A DNA stretch of 64,000 nt from Candidatus Kerfeldbacteria bacterium CG_4_10_14_0_8_um_filter_42_10 (lineage in GTDB: Bacteria; Patescibacteriota; Patescibacteriia; UM-FILTER-42-10). The stretch is from contig PFMD01000024.1 in the NCBI GenBank assembly GCA_002784945.1, positions 17,858-81,857 on the forward strand, in the 5' to 3' direction. The stretch's first letter is position 1; every line of letters starts with the position of its first letter. A model generated the notes under the pieces. It saw only the letters and a list, made by a program, of their open reading frames with translations. It was not told the DNA's origin and ran no database searches. Positions 29,186 to 40,335 of this stretch are shown piece by piece. A program made the position numbers and the translations under genes.

Positions 29186-29258
29186 CTTATTAGCCTTTTA
29201 GTCACACCGCACCCGCGACCTAAAAAGCTAAGAAGCTACTTCCTAACACCTAAAACAA

Positions 29259-30191
29259 ATGCCACAAGCTACAAGAGATATTAAAAGAAGAATAAAATCG
29301 GTCCGCAATACTCACAAAGTTACCAAAGCAATGGAAATGGTTGCGGCGGCTAAAATGCGCAAAGCAGTGAGTAATGTTGTGGCGACCAGAAGTTATAGTA
29401 ACCTGGCTTGGGAACTGGTCAAGAATTTAGCCCGAAGAACCGATTCCAAGTATCATCCTTTGCTGGAGAAAAGAGACAAAATCAAAAAAATCGGAATGGT
29501 TCTGATAACCTCTAACCGGGGCTTGTGCGGCGGATTTAACAATCAGATAATCGACCGGGTCACCCAATATGTCAGGCAACAGAAAGAAGAAGGGGGTATT
29601 GAATCCGACCTGGTAATTATGGGAAAAAAAGGGAGAGAGGCAATGCTTAAAAAGGGCCATACCATTATTGCTGAATTCACAAAACTGGATATCACCAATA
29701 CGATTCCCGAGATCAGGCCGTTAAGCAATTTGATTATCAACGACTATTTAGAAGGAAAATATGACCAGGTAATGATTGCTTACACTGACTTTATTTCTAC
29801 CTTAGTTCAAAAGCCCAGAATTTTAGAACTGTTGCCGATCGAAAAAAGAGAAGAGGATCGGTATCTTGGTCAGGCTAAAACCGGTAAGCTTGAGACGGAA
29901 AAAATCAGCGAGCCTAAAACGCCGTCAATTGAATTCGAATATCTGTTTGAGCCTTCTGCTGATGAAGTGCTGGGTGAATTGTTGCCGCGACTGCTGGAAA
30001 TGCAGATTTACCAAGTTATTTTAGAATCAGATGCCAGCGAACATTCTTCTAGAATGGTGGCGATGCGCAATGCCTCGGATGCCGCGGCTGACATGATTGA
30101 TGGCTTAACTTTGATATTCAACAAGGCCAGGCAGGCCTCCATCACCGCCGAGCTGGCTGATATCAGCGGCGGCCGGATTGCTTTGGAATAA
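29259..30191 (+). CDS. atpG: F0F1 ATP synthase subunit gamma
   Basis: KVTKAMEMVAAAKM, NRGLCGGFN, NKARQASITAEL. Confidence 0.98.
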   Translation: MPQATRDIKRRIKSVRNTHKVTKAMEMVAAAKMRKAVSNVVATRSYSNLAWELVKNLARRTDSKYHPLLEKRDKIKKIGMVLITSNRGLCGGFNNQIIDRVTQYVRQQKEEGGIESDLVIMGKKGREAMLKKGHTIIAEFTKLDITNTIPEIRPLSNLIINDYLEGKYDQVMIAYTDFISTLVQKPRILELLPIEKREEDRYLGQAKTGKLETEKISEPKTPSIEFEYLFEPSADEVLGELLPRLLEMQIYQVILESDASEHSSRMVAMRNASDAAADMIDGLTLIFNKARQASITAELADISGGRIALE

Positions 30192-30211
30192 ATATAGATT
30201 TTAAATTATAA

Positions 30212-31615
<1,404 letters not shown>

Positions 31616-31673
31616 AAAGCGCAAATACGCATTCGCGCTTTCTGATTCCCAATAACAATTACCATACTAACTT

Positions 31674-32129
31674 ATGCCAAAGATTAAGTTCAAAATCGTC
31701 ACTCCCGAAAAAGTGGTCTATGAAAATGAAATCGACCAAATTACCCTAACCACTAAAATGGGGGAAGTTACCATTCTCCCTAATCACATTCCTTTAGTAA
31801 GCTCCTTGAAGGCCGGCGAAATATTGATTAAAAAGGATGGGCAAGAAATACCCCTGGCCGTTTCCGGAGGATTTGCTGAATTAGCCAACAATAACCTGGT
31901 TATTCTAGCCGATACCGCCGAACGGGTGGAAGAGATCGACGAAGCCCAAGCGGAAGAAGCCAGAAAAAGGGCGGAAGAGTTTCTAAAAAGGCGGGGACAA
32001 GTGGCAGAAGAAGCGGTCGATTACACGGCCCTGGCCGCCAAGCTAGAAAAAGAACTGGCCCGTTTGAAAGTGGTTCGAAAATATCGAAGAAATCGGCCAT
32101 CTCAACCCACTATAAGATTAGAAGAATAA
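31674..32129 (+). CDS. atpC: F0F1 ATP synthase subunit epsilon
   Basis: IVTPE, GEVTILPNHIP, VSGGFAE, ILADTAE. Confidence 0.97.
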   Translation: MPKIKFKIVTPEKVVYENEIDQITLTTKMGEVTILPNHIPLVSSLKAGEILIKKDGQEIPLAVSGGFAELANNNLVILADTAERVEEIDEAQAEEARKRAEEFLKRRGQVAEEAVDYTALAAKLEKELARLKVVRKYRRNRPSQPTIRLEE

Positions 32130-32319
32130 AAAATTATTGAGACTAAAGAATAATTCTTTATATTGATAAGGGAAGGATAGGGGTAGATAATACTCTAAAA
32201 TATAACTAATCTTAATTCTGCGTTAGAGGCTTGAATTCAGCTACGGATAAGTTGCGTTAGAAAATACAATATGATATATTATGGATATCAGAATTTATTA
32301 GCATAAAAGATTCCAATTT

Positions 32320-32679
32320 ATGAAAAAAATTCTTTTACTTGCGGGAATAAGCACTTTCTTTGTAATCTTTTTACCCCTTTCGGTAAACGCTTTATCGTTT
32401 TGGGACCCCAGCGGAACTTTAGGTCTTGGATCTGCAGATCTGCAAACTACGGTAATTAAGATTATTCAATGGATTCTGGGCCTGTTGGGATTGGTGGCGG
32501 TAATTATGATTCTTTATGGCGGATTCACTTGGCTGACTTCAGCGGGCAATGAAGAAAAGATTTCCAAAGCGAAAGGAGTGATTACTGCGGCAGTAATCGG
32601 TTTGGTTATAGTTATTTTATCTTGGGCCGTGGTGCGATACGCTCTTAACACTCTTACTAACGTATCTGGAGCCAGTTAA
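32320..32679 (+). CDS. Pilin-like protein (T4SS/TrbC-VirB2-like, CPR-type)
   Basis: Signal peptide; AVIMILYGGFTWLTSAGNEEKISKAK..IT.AVIGL. Confidence 0.85.
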   Translation: MKKILLLAGISTFFVIFLPLSVNALSFWDPSGTLGLGSADLQTTVIKIIQWILGLLGLVAVIMILYGGFTWLTSAGNEEKISKAKGVITAAVIGLVIVILSWAVVRYALNTLTNVSGAS

Positions 32680-32701
32680 GATCAGACCATTAATAACTAA
32701 A

Positions 32702-32726
32702 TCTCCCCGTCAAAGGGGAGGTTTTT
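32702..32726 (+). terminator. Terminator after the pilin gene
   Basis: CTCCCC/GGGGAG stem with T-run. Confidence 0.65.
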
Positions 32727-32803
32727 GTTATAAAAATAACCCCGGGCTGACTAAAAAATTGCCAGATCCCGGGGGAATGCTGAGGCGGCTAACCGCCAAA
32801 AAA

Positions 32804-33067
32804 TCAGAAACCATACGCCATCGCCTCCTCCGTTGCAAGAACATAGCCCTTGCGACCCTCGATTTCAACAGGGAAAAAGAGATTCCCGTTCAACCGCTCG
32901 GGGTCAATATCATGCCCGGTTTTAAAGAGGATCAGGCTCATATGGTCTAACTCTCCCTGAGGCATTTTAAAAACCTCAAAGAGATCAGTGGACTTTTCCA
33001 CTTGATGCGTTTGGAAAGCCTGGTGTGCCCGATTTTTCATTTCCGAAGAAACCCTTACATCATTCAT
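32804..33067 (-). CDS. Hypothetical protein
   Basis: 87-aa ORF with a strong upstream promoter. Confidence 0.55.
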   Translation of the reverse strand: MNDVRVSSEMKNRAHQAFQTHQVEKSTDLFEVFKMPQGELDHMSLILFKTGHDIDPERLNGNLFFPVEIEGRKGYVLATEEAMAYGF

Positions 33068-33118
33068 ACGACACCCGTCTTTCTGCTAAAGGAGCATTAT
33101 GTGACTTTTTGTCGAAGT

Positions 33119-33147
33119 ATTTTAGCATAGGTTAAAAATTATGTCAA
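33119..33147 (-). promoter_or_regulatory. sigma70 promoter
   Basis: TTGACA-N17-TAAAAT with extended TG. Confidence 0.7.
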
Positions 33148-33148
33148 C

Positions 33149-33211
33149 CCCGTTAGAAATTTATGTTTTAATAGTAAATATTGTTCATACTTAGACGAAA
33201 TTTCCAAAGGG
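33149..33211. repeat. Degenerate CCCGTTAGA-family TIR element
   Basis: CCCGTTAGAAATTT ... AAATTTCCAAAGGG (12/14 complementary). Confidence 0.5.
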
Positions 33212-33239
33212 ATTAAGGCTAAAAACTTTAAGCCGCTTT

Positions 33240-33959
33240 TTAGACTAATTTTCTCTCATTTACTTCTCTGGTAAATTCCCCCAATATATTTTCGTCTTTC
33301 GGAAAAACAAGCTGAACCGGTTTTCCCTTTCGAATAGTGTCAGTACGGTAAATTTCGAAATCTTCACTGGAAGCTAAAGCACTGGTAGCATCGCCAAAGT
33401 CTATTAAATAAACGTTAAGCTCGTCATTCACCATAATGTTCTCAAGATGGAGATCGCGATGGTATAATCCCGCCTGGTGCGCTAGATCGATTTGTTGCTT
33501 AATGCCATCTTTAATTTTCTGATACTCTTCTTCGGTAAATTTTTTTCCTTCTTGTTCTCTCTGGTCCAGTAATTCTTTAAGATTCGGTCCGTTAATAGTT
33601 TCCATTATAATAAAGTCTTGTGTTTTCTGGCCGTTCCCTTCTTTTCCCTCAATAAGCATCCAAACCTTCGGCACTCTGACTCCCGCCTCATAATATTCCT
33701 GCTGGAGATCAAATTCTCTGCCAGGACTATTAACAGAAGCTTCGGAATTGTAATTAGTTTTGGCGCAAAGCTTTGTTCCAAACGCTGGGTGATCGCTAAA
33801 CCAAACCTCGGCCGCTTTTCCTTTTCCCAGATTTTCCCGGCGCAGGTATTGTTCTTCCAGTATTTTGCGGGCCAGTTTTTCCTGCTGCTTTTTACTAAAT
33901 TCTGGACCAGCCTCCTGTTCAAAATCTTTGGTTACTCTTAGTGCTCCGACTTCATACAT
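33240..33959 (-). CDS. Ser/Thr protein kinase-like (RIO/Bud32/Hanks fold)
   Basis: LGKGKAAEV Gly loop, CAK, HRDLHLEN, IDFG. Confidence 0.88.
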   Translation of the reverse strand: MYEVGALRVTKDFEQEAGPEFSKKQQEKLARKILEEQYLRRENLGKGKAAEVWFSDHPAFGTKLCAKTNYNSEASVNSPGREFDLQQEYYEAGVRVPKVWMLIEGKEGNGQKTQDFIIMETINGPNLKELLDQREQEGKKFTEEEYQKIKDGIKQQIDLAHQAGLYHRDLHLENIMVNDELNVYLIDFGDATSALASSEDFEIYRTDTIRKGKPVQLVFPKDENILGEFTREVNERKLV

Positions 33960-34158
33960 ATAATCTATTCATTTTAACAATTATTCCTTGATAGATTTTA
34001 GAAAGATTGGCGCTTTTTCCTTCAGCGTGAAATCCCCGGCCTTTTTTATCCTGAACGGCAATAAAGGTATAATAATCCCCTTTCAACTTATAATCATTCA
34101 GGCAGACGATCAGGAATCCTTTTTGATGTATCTGTTTTTGAAACTGTTTAAATTCCAT
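33952..34158 (-). CDS. Small hypothetical protein
   Basis: 68-aa ORF tightly packed between rmuC and the kinase gene. Confidence 0.6.
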   Translation of the reverse strand: MEFKQFQKQIHQKGFLIVCLNDYKLKGDYYTFIAVQDKKGRGFHAEGKSANLSKIYQGIIVKMNRLYV

Positions 34159-34159
34159 A

Positions 34160-35212
34160 CTATTCTTCTTTAGGTTTCTCGAGCTCGATTGGCTCTACCT
34201 TGCCGCCTTTGTCACTGATTTTAATAACATCTTTATCAACTTTTTTAAATTCTTTGTAAGCCGTATTGTAAGTATTCACCGCGGTACCCAAGTGCTGGCC
34301 TAATTTTTTGAAATATTCTTCGTAGCTTAGCAAGTGTTTGGCCAGCGATTCCACGTTTTTGCGGATCTCTTTGGCCGATTCTTCAATTTGAAGCGCGCGA
34401 AGCCCTTGCAGAACTGTTTGCAAATAGGCCAAGAAGCTGGTGGGCGAAACAATGATAACGTGTTTTTCTTTAAAGGCGTATTCGATTAAATCTCGGGTGG
34501 CAATTTTGACCGCACCCACTTTATTAATTAATAAATCATAGTAAATCGCTTCTGAAGGAATAAACATAAAAGCGAATTCCATGGTATCTTCCTGAGGACG
34601 GACGTATTTGGCCGTTTCGTCAATTCGGTTTTTCAAATCCATTTTAAACTGCTTTTCTAATTGAGCCCGCGCTCCTTCGTCTCTTTCATTTAGGATTCGT
34701 TCATAATTTTCTAAAGTAAACTTAGAATCAATCGGAATAATTTTCTCTTTCACAAAAACCACCGCATCAACAATTTCGCCGTCTTTGAATTTATACTGCA
34801 TTTTGTAGGAATTGGGCGGAAGTACGTTTTTTAACGTTTCTTCCAAATAATATTCTCCCAGCACGCCGCGCTGCTTGGGATTTTTTAAAATGTCCTGGAG
34901 ATTTTGGAGCTGGTCGGTAAAATTCAGCACATTTTTATTAGTTTCATCCAGCTTGGTCAGTCGCTCTGTCACGTCTTGGATTATTTTCGCGGACTGGCCG
35001 AATTGCGACTGCATCATTTTGACCGAATCTCCCATTTTTTGATCCACCACCTTGCTCATTTCTTCCATTCTTTGCTGGAGCAGTAAAAGGCCATCGGAAT
35101 CCTTTTTAGATTCCTGCAGCTCTTTAAATTTATGATTCAATTGAGACATTAGTAATCCGAGGATTAAAACGGCAAAGACAGCAAGAGCAATTATCAAGGT
35201 AACGATGTCCAT
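34160..35212 (-). CDS. rmuC: DNA recombination protein RmuC
   Basis: N-terminal TM and coiled coil, KQRGVLGE, IPIDSKF, FMFIPSE, VSPTS. Confidence 0.95.
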   Translation of the reverse strand: MDIVTLIIALAVFAVLILGLLMSQLNHKFKELQESKKDSDGLLLLQQRMEEMSKVVDQKMGDSVKMMQSQFGQSAKIIQDVTERLTKLDETNKNVLNFTDQLQNLQDILKNPKQRGVLGEYYLEETLKNVLPPNSYKMQYKFKDGEIVDAVVFVKEKIIPIDSKFTLENYERILNERDEGARAQLEKQFKMDLKNRIDETAKYVRPQEDTMEFAFMFIPSEAIYYDLLINKVGAVKIATRDLIEYAFKEKHVIIVSPTSFLAYLQTVLQGLRALQIEESAKEIRKNVESLAKHLLSYEEYFKKLGQHLGTAVNTYNTAYKEFKKVDKDVIKISDKGGKVEPIELEKPKEE

Positions 35213-35287
35213 AGATTTTGATTAATAGATAAGCATTTATAGTATGCTAATAATAACAAAATTAGTGTTGTACTTCAAGTACTGATC

Positions 35288-35315
35288 CACTTTCATGATA
35301 TAGTGCATGAAAGTG
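35288..35315. repeat. Palindrome downstream of the TrpR-like gene
   Basis: CACTTTCATG-ATATAGTG-CATGAAAGTG. Confidence 0.7.
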
Positions 35316-35317
35316 TT

Positions 35318-35632
35318 TTATCTCCCAGTTTTTGACCGAATTGCAATCTGATAACCACCACGGCCAAAATGAAGCCACCGTTCTACCCGAGCGATGGTTG
35401 GAAAACCACAATGTAAACGTTTAATAATTTCTTTATAAGTAAATCCATCAACTAGCATCTCAGCGATTAGCAATCGCCTGACTAACATTATTCGCTCCTG
35501 GCGGTTGAGCAAATCCTTAAGAAAATTCTTCATAACTCGCCTACTCTTTAATTGACAAAGTGTATCACAAAGCATATCCATTAATCTCTCTTGATGAGCG
35601 TATGAAATTTTCTTTTCATTATATCGAGACAT
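35318..35632 (-). CDS. TrpR-like (YerC/YecD) helix-turn-helix protein
   Basis: FLKDLL..ERIML.RRL.IA.ML..G.TY.EI...L.....TIARV..WL..G.GGY; start moved to MSRYNE. Confidence 0.88.
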   Translation of the reverse strand: MSRYNEKKISYAHQERLMDMLCDTLCQLKSRRVMKNFLKDLLNRQERIMLVRRLLIAEMLVDGFTYKEIIKRLHCGFPTIARVERWLHFGRGGYQIAIRSKTGR

Positions 35633-35781
35633 ATTATTTCTTATTAACGCTACCATGCTACAGTGCGTGGTAGTACTTAATAAAATAAAAACGGGCCGTG
35701 TTAGAACGCCCATTTTTTACTTGCATATTTATCCTATCACTTTATTAAATCATGTCAATAGATATCAAACGAAAAATAGTT

Positions 35782-36576
35782 TCATCTCATAAAATAGACT
35801 CCTAAAATTACCAGCGCCAGCGCAATTCGATACCAGACGAACGGCCGATAGTTCTTGGTTTGAATATAACGCAGCAAATATTTGATGCTCAAAAAGCCGG
35901 AAAATGCGGCTACCAGAGCGCCCATAACAACGCCGACGCTGATTCCTTCGTGCAGCAACTCGGGCACTTTAACCAATCCCGCTCCAAAAATAATCGGGGT
36001 GGAAAGCAGAAACGAGAAACGGGCCGCCGCTTCCCGATTAATGTTCCTAAATAAAGCCATAGAAATGGTAGCGCCGGAGCGGGATACTCCGGGAACAATT
36101 GCCACTGCTTGGGAAATACCTATTATAAGACTATCCCAAAGACCTATCTCGCTAAAACTTCGTCCTTTTTTGCCAGCTTTGTCCGCCCAGCCTAAGATTA
36201 ATCCCATTATCGCCAAAGTGCCGGCAATTAAAAGCGGAGCCCGAAAAGAAGTTTCCGCCCAATCATCCAGCAAGTAACCGAACAGCGCTCCGGGCACCGA
36301 GGCAATAACGATCAATCCTAGCATTTTACGATCTTGCTTTAGGGAATCGTTTTGACCTCGTCTAAACAGCGATTTAACCAACCTTATCCAATCTTTCCAA
36401 AAATAAGCCAATACGGCAATTAAGGTTCCCCAATGCAACGCCACATCAAAGGCCAAGCCCGGATCCTTGAAATTAAAAAGCCAGGGCAGAACAACTAAAT
36501 GCCCTGAGCTGGAAATCGGCAGGAATTCGCCTAATCCTTGCGCTAGCCCTAAAATGATTGATTGAATTAATTCCAT
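35782..36576 (-). CDS. uppP: Undecaprenyl-diphosphatase
   Basis: QGLGEFLPISSSGHL, PGVSRSGATI, AARFSFLL. Confidence 0.97.
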   Translation of the reverse strand: MELIQSIILGLAQGLGEFLPISSSGHLVVLPWLFNFKDPGLAFDVALHWGTLIAVLAYFWKDWIRLVKSLFRRGQNDSLKQDRKMLGLIVIASVPGALFGYLLDDWAETSFRAPLLIAGTLAIMGLILGWADKAGKKGRSFSEIGLWDSLIIGISQAVAIVPGVSRSGATISMALFRNINREAAARFSFLLSTPIIFGAGLVKVPELLHEGISVGVVMGALVAAFSGFLSIKYLLRYIQTKNYRPFVWYRIALALVILGVYFMR

Positions 36577-36582
36577 AGAATA

Positions 36583-37419
36583 TTAAATTTTAAATAGTTT
36601 CCTTGCATTCTCTGTGGTAACTTTTGCCACTTCTTCAAAGGAGATTCCTTTCAGTTCTGCAATTTTTATGGCGATATATTTAACATAAGCCGGTTCATTT
36701 CTTTTGCCTCGATATGGCTCGGGCGCTAAATAGGGAGCATCCGTCTCTAACAAAATTTTATCCAGGGGCAGTTCCTTGGCAACTTTTTGAATTTCCTTGG
36801 CGTTCTTAAAAGTGACTATCCCGGTAAAGGAAATTAAAAATCCCATTTCAATAAACTGCTGCGCTGTTTTCAGATCGCCGCTATAGCAGTGAATTACCCC
36901 TTTGGCATCAGGGAACTGTTTCAGTATAGCCATAATATCTTGATATACTCCCATGGGATCAGCTTCGGTCCCCCGGCTGTGAATGGTCAGCGGCTTCTTT
37001 AATTCTACCGCCAAAGCAATCTGCTGTTTAAAAACCGCCTCCTGCCTTTTTTTAACCAAATCAAAATCATCGTCTTTGGGAATATGGAAATAATCTAAGC
37101 CGGTTTCTCCAATGGCCACTGTTTTGGGATTTAATCCCAATTCGCGGTATTCCGGTAAATTAAATTCTTCCCTTCGTGACTGAAATGCTATTTCTGATTC
37201 ATCGACGCTTACTTCGTGTAAATGAATCGGATGCAAACCAACGGCGGCGTAAACTCCTTCTTTATAATCCACGGCAATGTTGACCGCTCTTTTGCTGGTG
37301 GTTATCTGACTGCTCACATTAATTAACCATACTCCCGCGCGCAGAGCGCGATCAATCACATCAGGCCCGTCTTCTTTAAAGCCGTTGAAATTAACGTGGG
37401 TATGAGTGTCTATCAACAT
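36583..37419 (-). CDS. tatD: TatD family deoxyribonuclease
   Basis: DTHTH, GLHP, AIGETGLDY, IHSR, IHCYSG, LETDAPYLAP. Confidence 0.95.
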   Translation of the reverse strand: MLIDTHTHVNFNGFKEDGPDVIDRALRAGVWLINVSSQITTSKRAVNIAVDYKEGVYAAVGLHPIHLHEVSVDESEIAFQSRREEFNLPEYRELGLNPKTVAIGETGLDYFHIPKDDDFDLVKKRQEAVFKQQIALAVELKKPLTIHSRGTEADPMGVYQDIMAILKQFPDAKGVIHCYSGDLKTAQQFIEMGFLISFTGIVTFKNAKEIQKVAKELPLDKILLETDAPYLAPEPYRGKRNEPAYVKYIAIKIAELKGISFEEVAKVTTENARKLFKI

Positions 37420-37491
37420 AAGATTTTAGGAGTTAGCTTTTTAGCTTGTTAGACATTTTTAGATAACCTAAAAAGCTAATAAGCTAAGAAG

Positions 37492-37992
37492 CTAAATAAC
37501 CAAGTCTAATCCTTTAACAACTTCCGGCAATAAAAAAGCGAGTGCTTTGCCGATTCTAGCAAACATCGGTACTAAACTGGAATCACCTAATATTTCCACA
37601 ATTTTATCGGCTAAATCAAAGCGGGTAATGAAAAAAAGGCTGATTCCTAAAAAGAGTATTCCTTCAATAAATCCGAAAATGGCGCCTCCTAAACGATTGA
37701 TCAATCCCAGAAAGGGAATAATCATAGCTATTTTGACAACCTTGTTAATAACATAAAAAATCAATCCAATCAGTTGATTGACGACTACAAATACCAGTAA
37801 AAATGCGGCGATTTTCGCCCAATTGGCATCATTGCCCACTAAACCGGCCAGCGGTTCGTAAAGCCGGCCCGCTACCAGCGCTCCGACCACAATACCCAAA
37901 AGAGTGCCTAAAGAATAAATCAGGCCGCCTTTGAACCCGGAAAAAATAAAACTAATCAGCAAAATAATTAGAATCCAGTCTAAAAAGGTCAT
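37492..37992 (-). CDS. cvpA: CvpA family membrane protein
   Basis: D.I...GFKGG, INRLGGAIFG; start moved to MTFLD. Confidence 0.88.
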   Translation of the reverse strand: MTFLDWILIILLISFIFSGFKGGLIYSLGTLLGIVVGALVAGRLYEPLAGLVGNDANWAKIAAFLLVFVVVNQLIGLIFYVINKVVKIAMIIPFLGLINRLGGAIFGFIEGILFLGISLFFITRFDLADKIVEILGDSSLVPMFARIGKALAFLLPEVVKGLDLVI

Positions 37993-38009
37993 ATTGTTAT
38001 TCTCTAATA

Positions 38010-38711
38010 TTAAGCTAAGACTTGGGGAAAATCCTTGTTTACTAAATAGAGTTCTATTTTTCCCCCGCAAAATTTTTGAACAAATTGACTAAAATCCTGG
38101 GCCGCTTCTTTTACTTCAATATCTTTGACCGGAGGCAATCCTTCCAGAAATATTACCGCTTTGCTAGTTTCATTAGTCAGTTTCGTCTTTTCCGCCTCGC
38201 GCCAGTTAAAACGGCGGCAAAGCACATCATTGTCTTCATCCACATAGACTACTTCTCCCTTATCAGGATGCTCCGCCGCTTCAGCATGCAACGCCCGGAA
38301 ATTTTCATTGCCCGAGGCCAGAATCAATTCAATATTGCCTTTCACTTTTTTCAAATCCTCTCCACCCACCGGCAAAACATGCTTTAGAGAAATCAGATTG
38401 TAAATATCCACTAATTTGTTGATGGAAGGAATCTCCTCCCCCTTGACCACCCGTTTAGTCAGCGCCTCCACCGAACTGCGGTAATGCGAACCGGCTCCAA
38501 AATCGGTATAGGCTTTGCGCCAGCAAGCAATATTGGGATGCTCGGATACTTTCAGTTCCTTAAAATAGCGGCGGCAATAAGCTTCTTCTTGCCTTAATAA
38601 ATCGGCAATCTCTTTTTCCGGCGTAGAATTGTCGATTTCCTTAAGCACAATCATCACGATGTTGAGCTCCGGAAACAAATTAAAAACTTCGGGCGATACG
38701 GTAAACTTCAT
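38010..38711 (-). CDS. Stand-alone B3/4 domain protein (PheT-like tRNA editing fold)
   Basis: WRKAY..FG....RSSVEAL.KR, INKLVDIYN.ISL, CRRFNWR. Confidence 0.9.
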   Translation of the reverse strand: MKFTVSPEVFNLFPELNIVMIVLKEIDNSTPEKEIADLLRQEEAYCRRYFKELKVSEHPNIACWRKAYTDFGAGSHYRSSVEALTKRVVKGEEIPSINKLVDIYNLISLKHVLPVGGEDLKKVKGNIELILASGNENFRALHAEAAEHPDKGEVVYVDEDNDVLCRRFNWREAEKTKLTNETSKAVIFLEGLPPVKDIEVKEAAQDFSQFVQKFCGGKIELYLVNKDFPQVLA

Positions 38712-40147
38712 TTTTGCATTCTAGGAAATAGGGGTTGTCCTTTGGTGATTTTGGAAGCTAAAAACTTTTTTTGAATAGCCGCGCCGGTCTCCGGCATAAA
38801 CGGTTCAATAGCATTGGCAATGGCCAGAATAGTTCCTGCGGTCTCTTGAAGAAACTTAAGGCGGTTTTCATCATTCACGGCTTTTTCCCAAGGTTTTTCT
38901 TTCTGCAATTTATAATCAAGGTTGTTAATTTCGGATTCAAAAACAGCAATTGCTTCAGTGAATTCCAGTTTCTCTAAATGTCTGGAAACTTCTTTAAAAA
39001 TTAGATCCGATGTCTTCAGCTTTTTATTCAGTTGTCCTCCTCCTTGTTCGATTAAATTCGCCACTCGCGACACTAAATTACCGATGCCATTCGCTAAATA
39101 AGCATTGTATTGTTCATCAAATTTTTCCGCCTTGATATCGCCATCCTGCCCAAAAGGAAATTGGGACAATAAGAGATAACGCGTCGCGTCCGCTCCATAC
39201 TTTTTTACCATTTCATTAGGGTCAATGACGTTGCCTAAAGATTTACTCATTTTTTGGCCGTTGATGGTGAAGAAACCATGCAAAAAAAGCTCTTTGGGCG
39301 GTTTTTCGCCGGCCGCCAGCAAAAGAGCGGGCCAATAGATGCAGTGGAATTTCAGAATGTCCTTAGCCATTAAATGAAGAACGTCGGCCTCAATCCACCA
39401 TTTTTTAAACTCTTTTTCATTGTCACCATAACCGATCGCCGAGACGTAGTTTTGGAGCGCCTCTACCCAGACATAGGTTACCTGCGATTGATCAAACGGC
39501 AAAGGGATTCCCCATTTTACCCTTTCCCGCGATACGGAAAAATCTTCCAGCCCTTGCTGGAACAATCCCAATGTTTCTTTTTTCTTATCTTCCGGCCTGA
39601 TTTTTATTTCATCTTTTTCAATCAGTTCCTTAACTTGAGGAAGATATTTTTTCAGCTTAAAAAAATAGTTCTTTTCCGTGATTTTCTCCGGTACGGTGAG
39701 GTGAATGGGGCACTTGCCGTTAACCAGTTCTTTTTCCGTCAAGAAATTCTCGCAGCCGGTGCAATAGAGCCCTTCGTAGGTTCCTTCGTAAATATCCCCG
39801 TTCTCCCAGAGCTTTTGCATGAATTTGGCCACCGCTTCTTTATGCCGTTGATCAGTAGTTCTGATAAAGTAATCAAAAGAGAGATTCAAGCTTTCAAAAG
39901 TCTTTTTGAATTTTTCACTGTTTTCATCGCATAGCTCCAGGGGAGATTTTCCCGCTTTTTTTGCCGATTCTTCCACTTTGGCGCCATGCTCATCGGTACC
40001 GGTTAAAAAAAACACCTCATCTCCTTTTAAACGATGCCAGCGGGCCAGTACATCCGCCGCGATGGTCGTATAGGCATGCCCGATGTGAGGTTTATCGTTT
40101 ACATAGTATATGGGTGTCGTAATGTAGTACTTGCTTTTTGTTGACAT
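38708..40147 (-). CDS. metG: Methionine--tRNA ligase (short form)
   Basis: PHIGHAY, TGTDEHG, KMSKS; lacks the C-terminal tRNA-binding domain. Confidence 0.97.
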   Translation of the reverse strand: MSTKSKYYITTPIYYVNDKPHIGHAYTTIAADVLARWHRLKGDEVFFLTGTDEHGAKVEESAKKAGKSPLELCDENSEKFKKTFESLNLSFDYFIRTTDQRHKEAVAKFMQKLWENGDIYEGTYEGLYCTGCENFLTEKELVNGKCPIHLTVPEKITEKNYFFKLKKYLPQVKELIEKDEIKIRPEDKKKETLGLFQQGLEDFSVSRERVKWGIPLPFDQSQVTYVWVEALQNYVSAIGYGDNEKEFKKWWIEADVLHLMAKDILKFHCIYWPALLLAAGEKPPKELFLHGFFTINGQKMSKSLGNVIDPNEMVKKYGADATRYLLLSQFPFGQDGDIKAEKFDEQYNAYLANGIGNLVSRVANLIEQGGGQLNKKLKTSDLIFKEVSRHLEKLEFTEAIAVFESEINNLDYKLQKEKPWEKAVNDENRLKFLQETAGTILAIANAIEPFMPETGAAIQKKFLASKITKGQPLFPRMQK

Positions 40148-40335
40148 TAATATGAATTAAATCATCGTATGGTTTTATGTTATATTGTTTTATTGTTAAA
40201 TTGTTAAGGAGACTCAAAACAAACCAATTTGTGAAACAATAAAGCAATATAACAATAAAACAATTGCTTAATTAACTCTTGACTTACAACTGATGATAAT
40301 TATTAATTTATTTTTCAACATTTAAACTTCAATTT

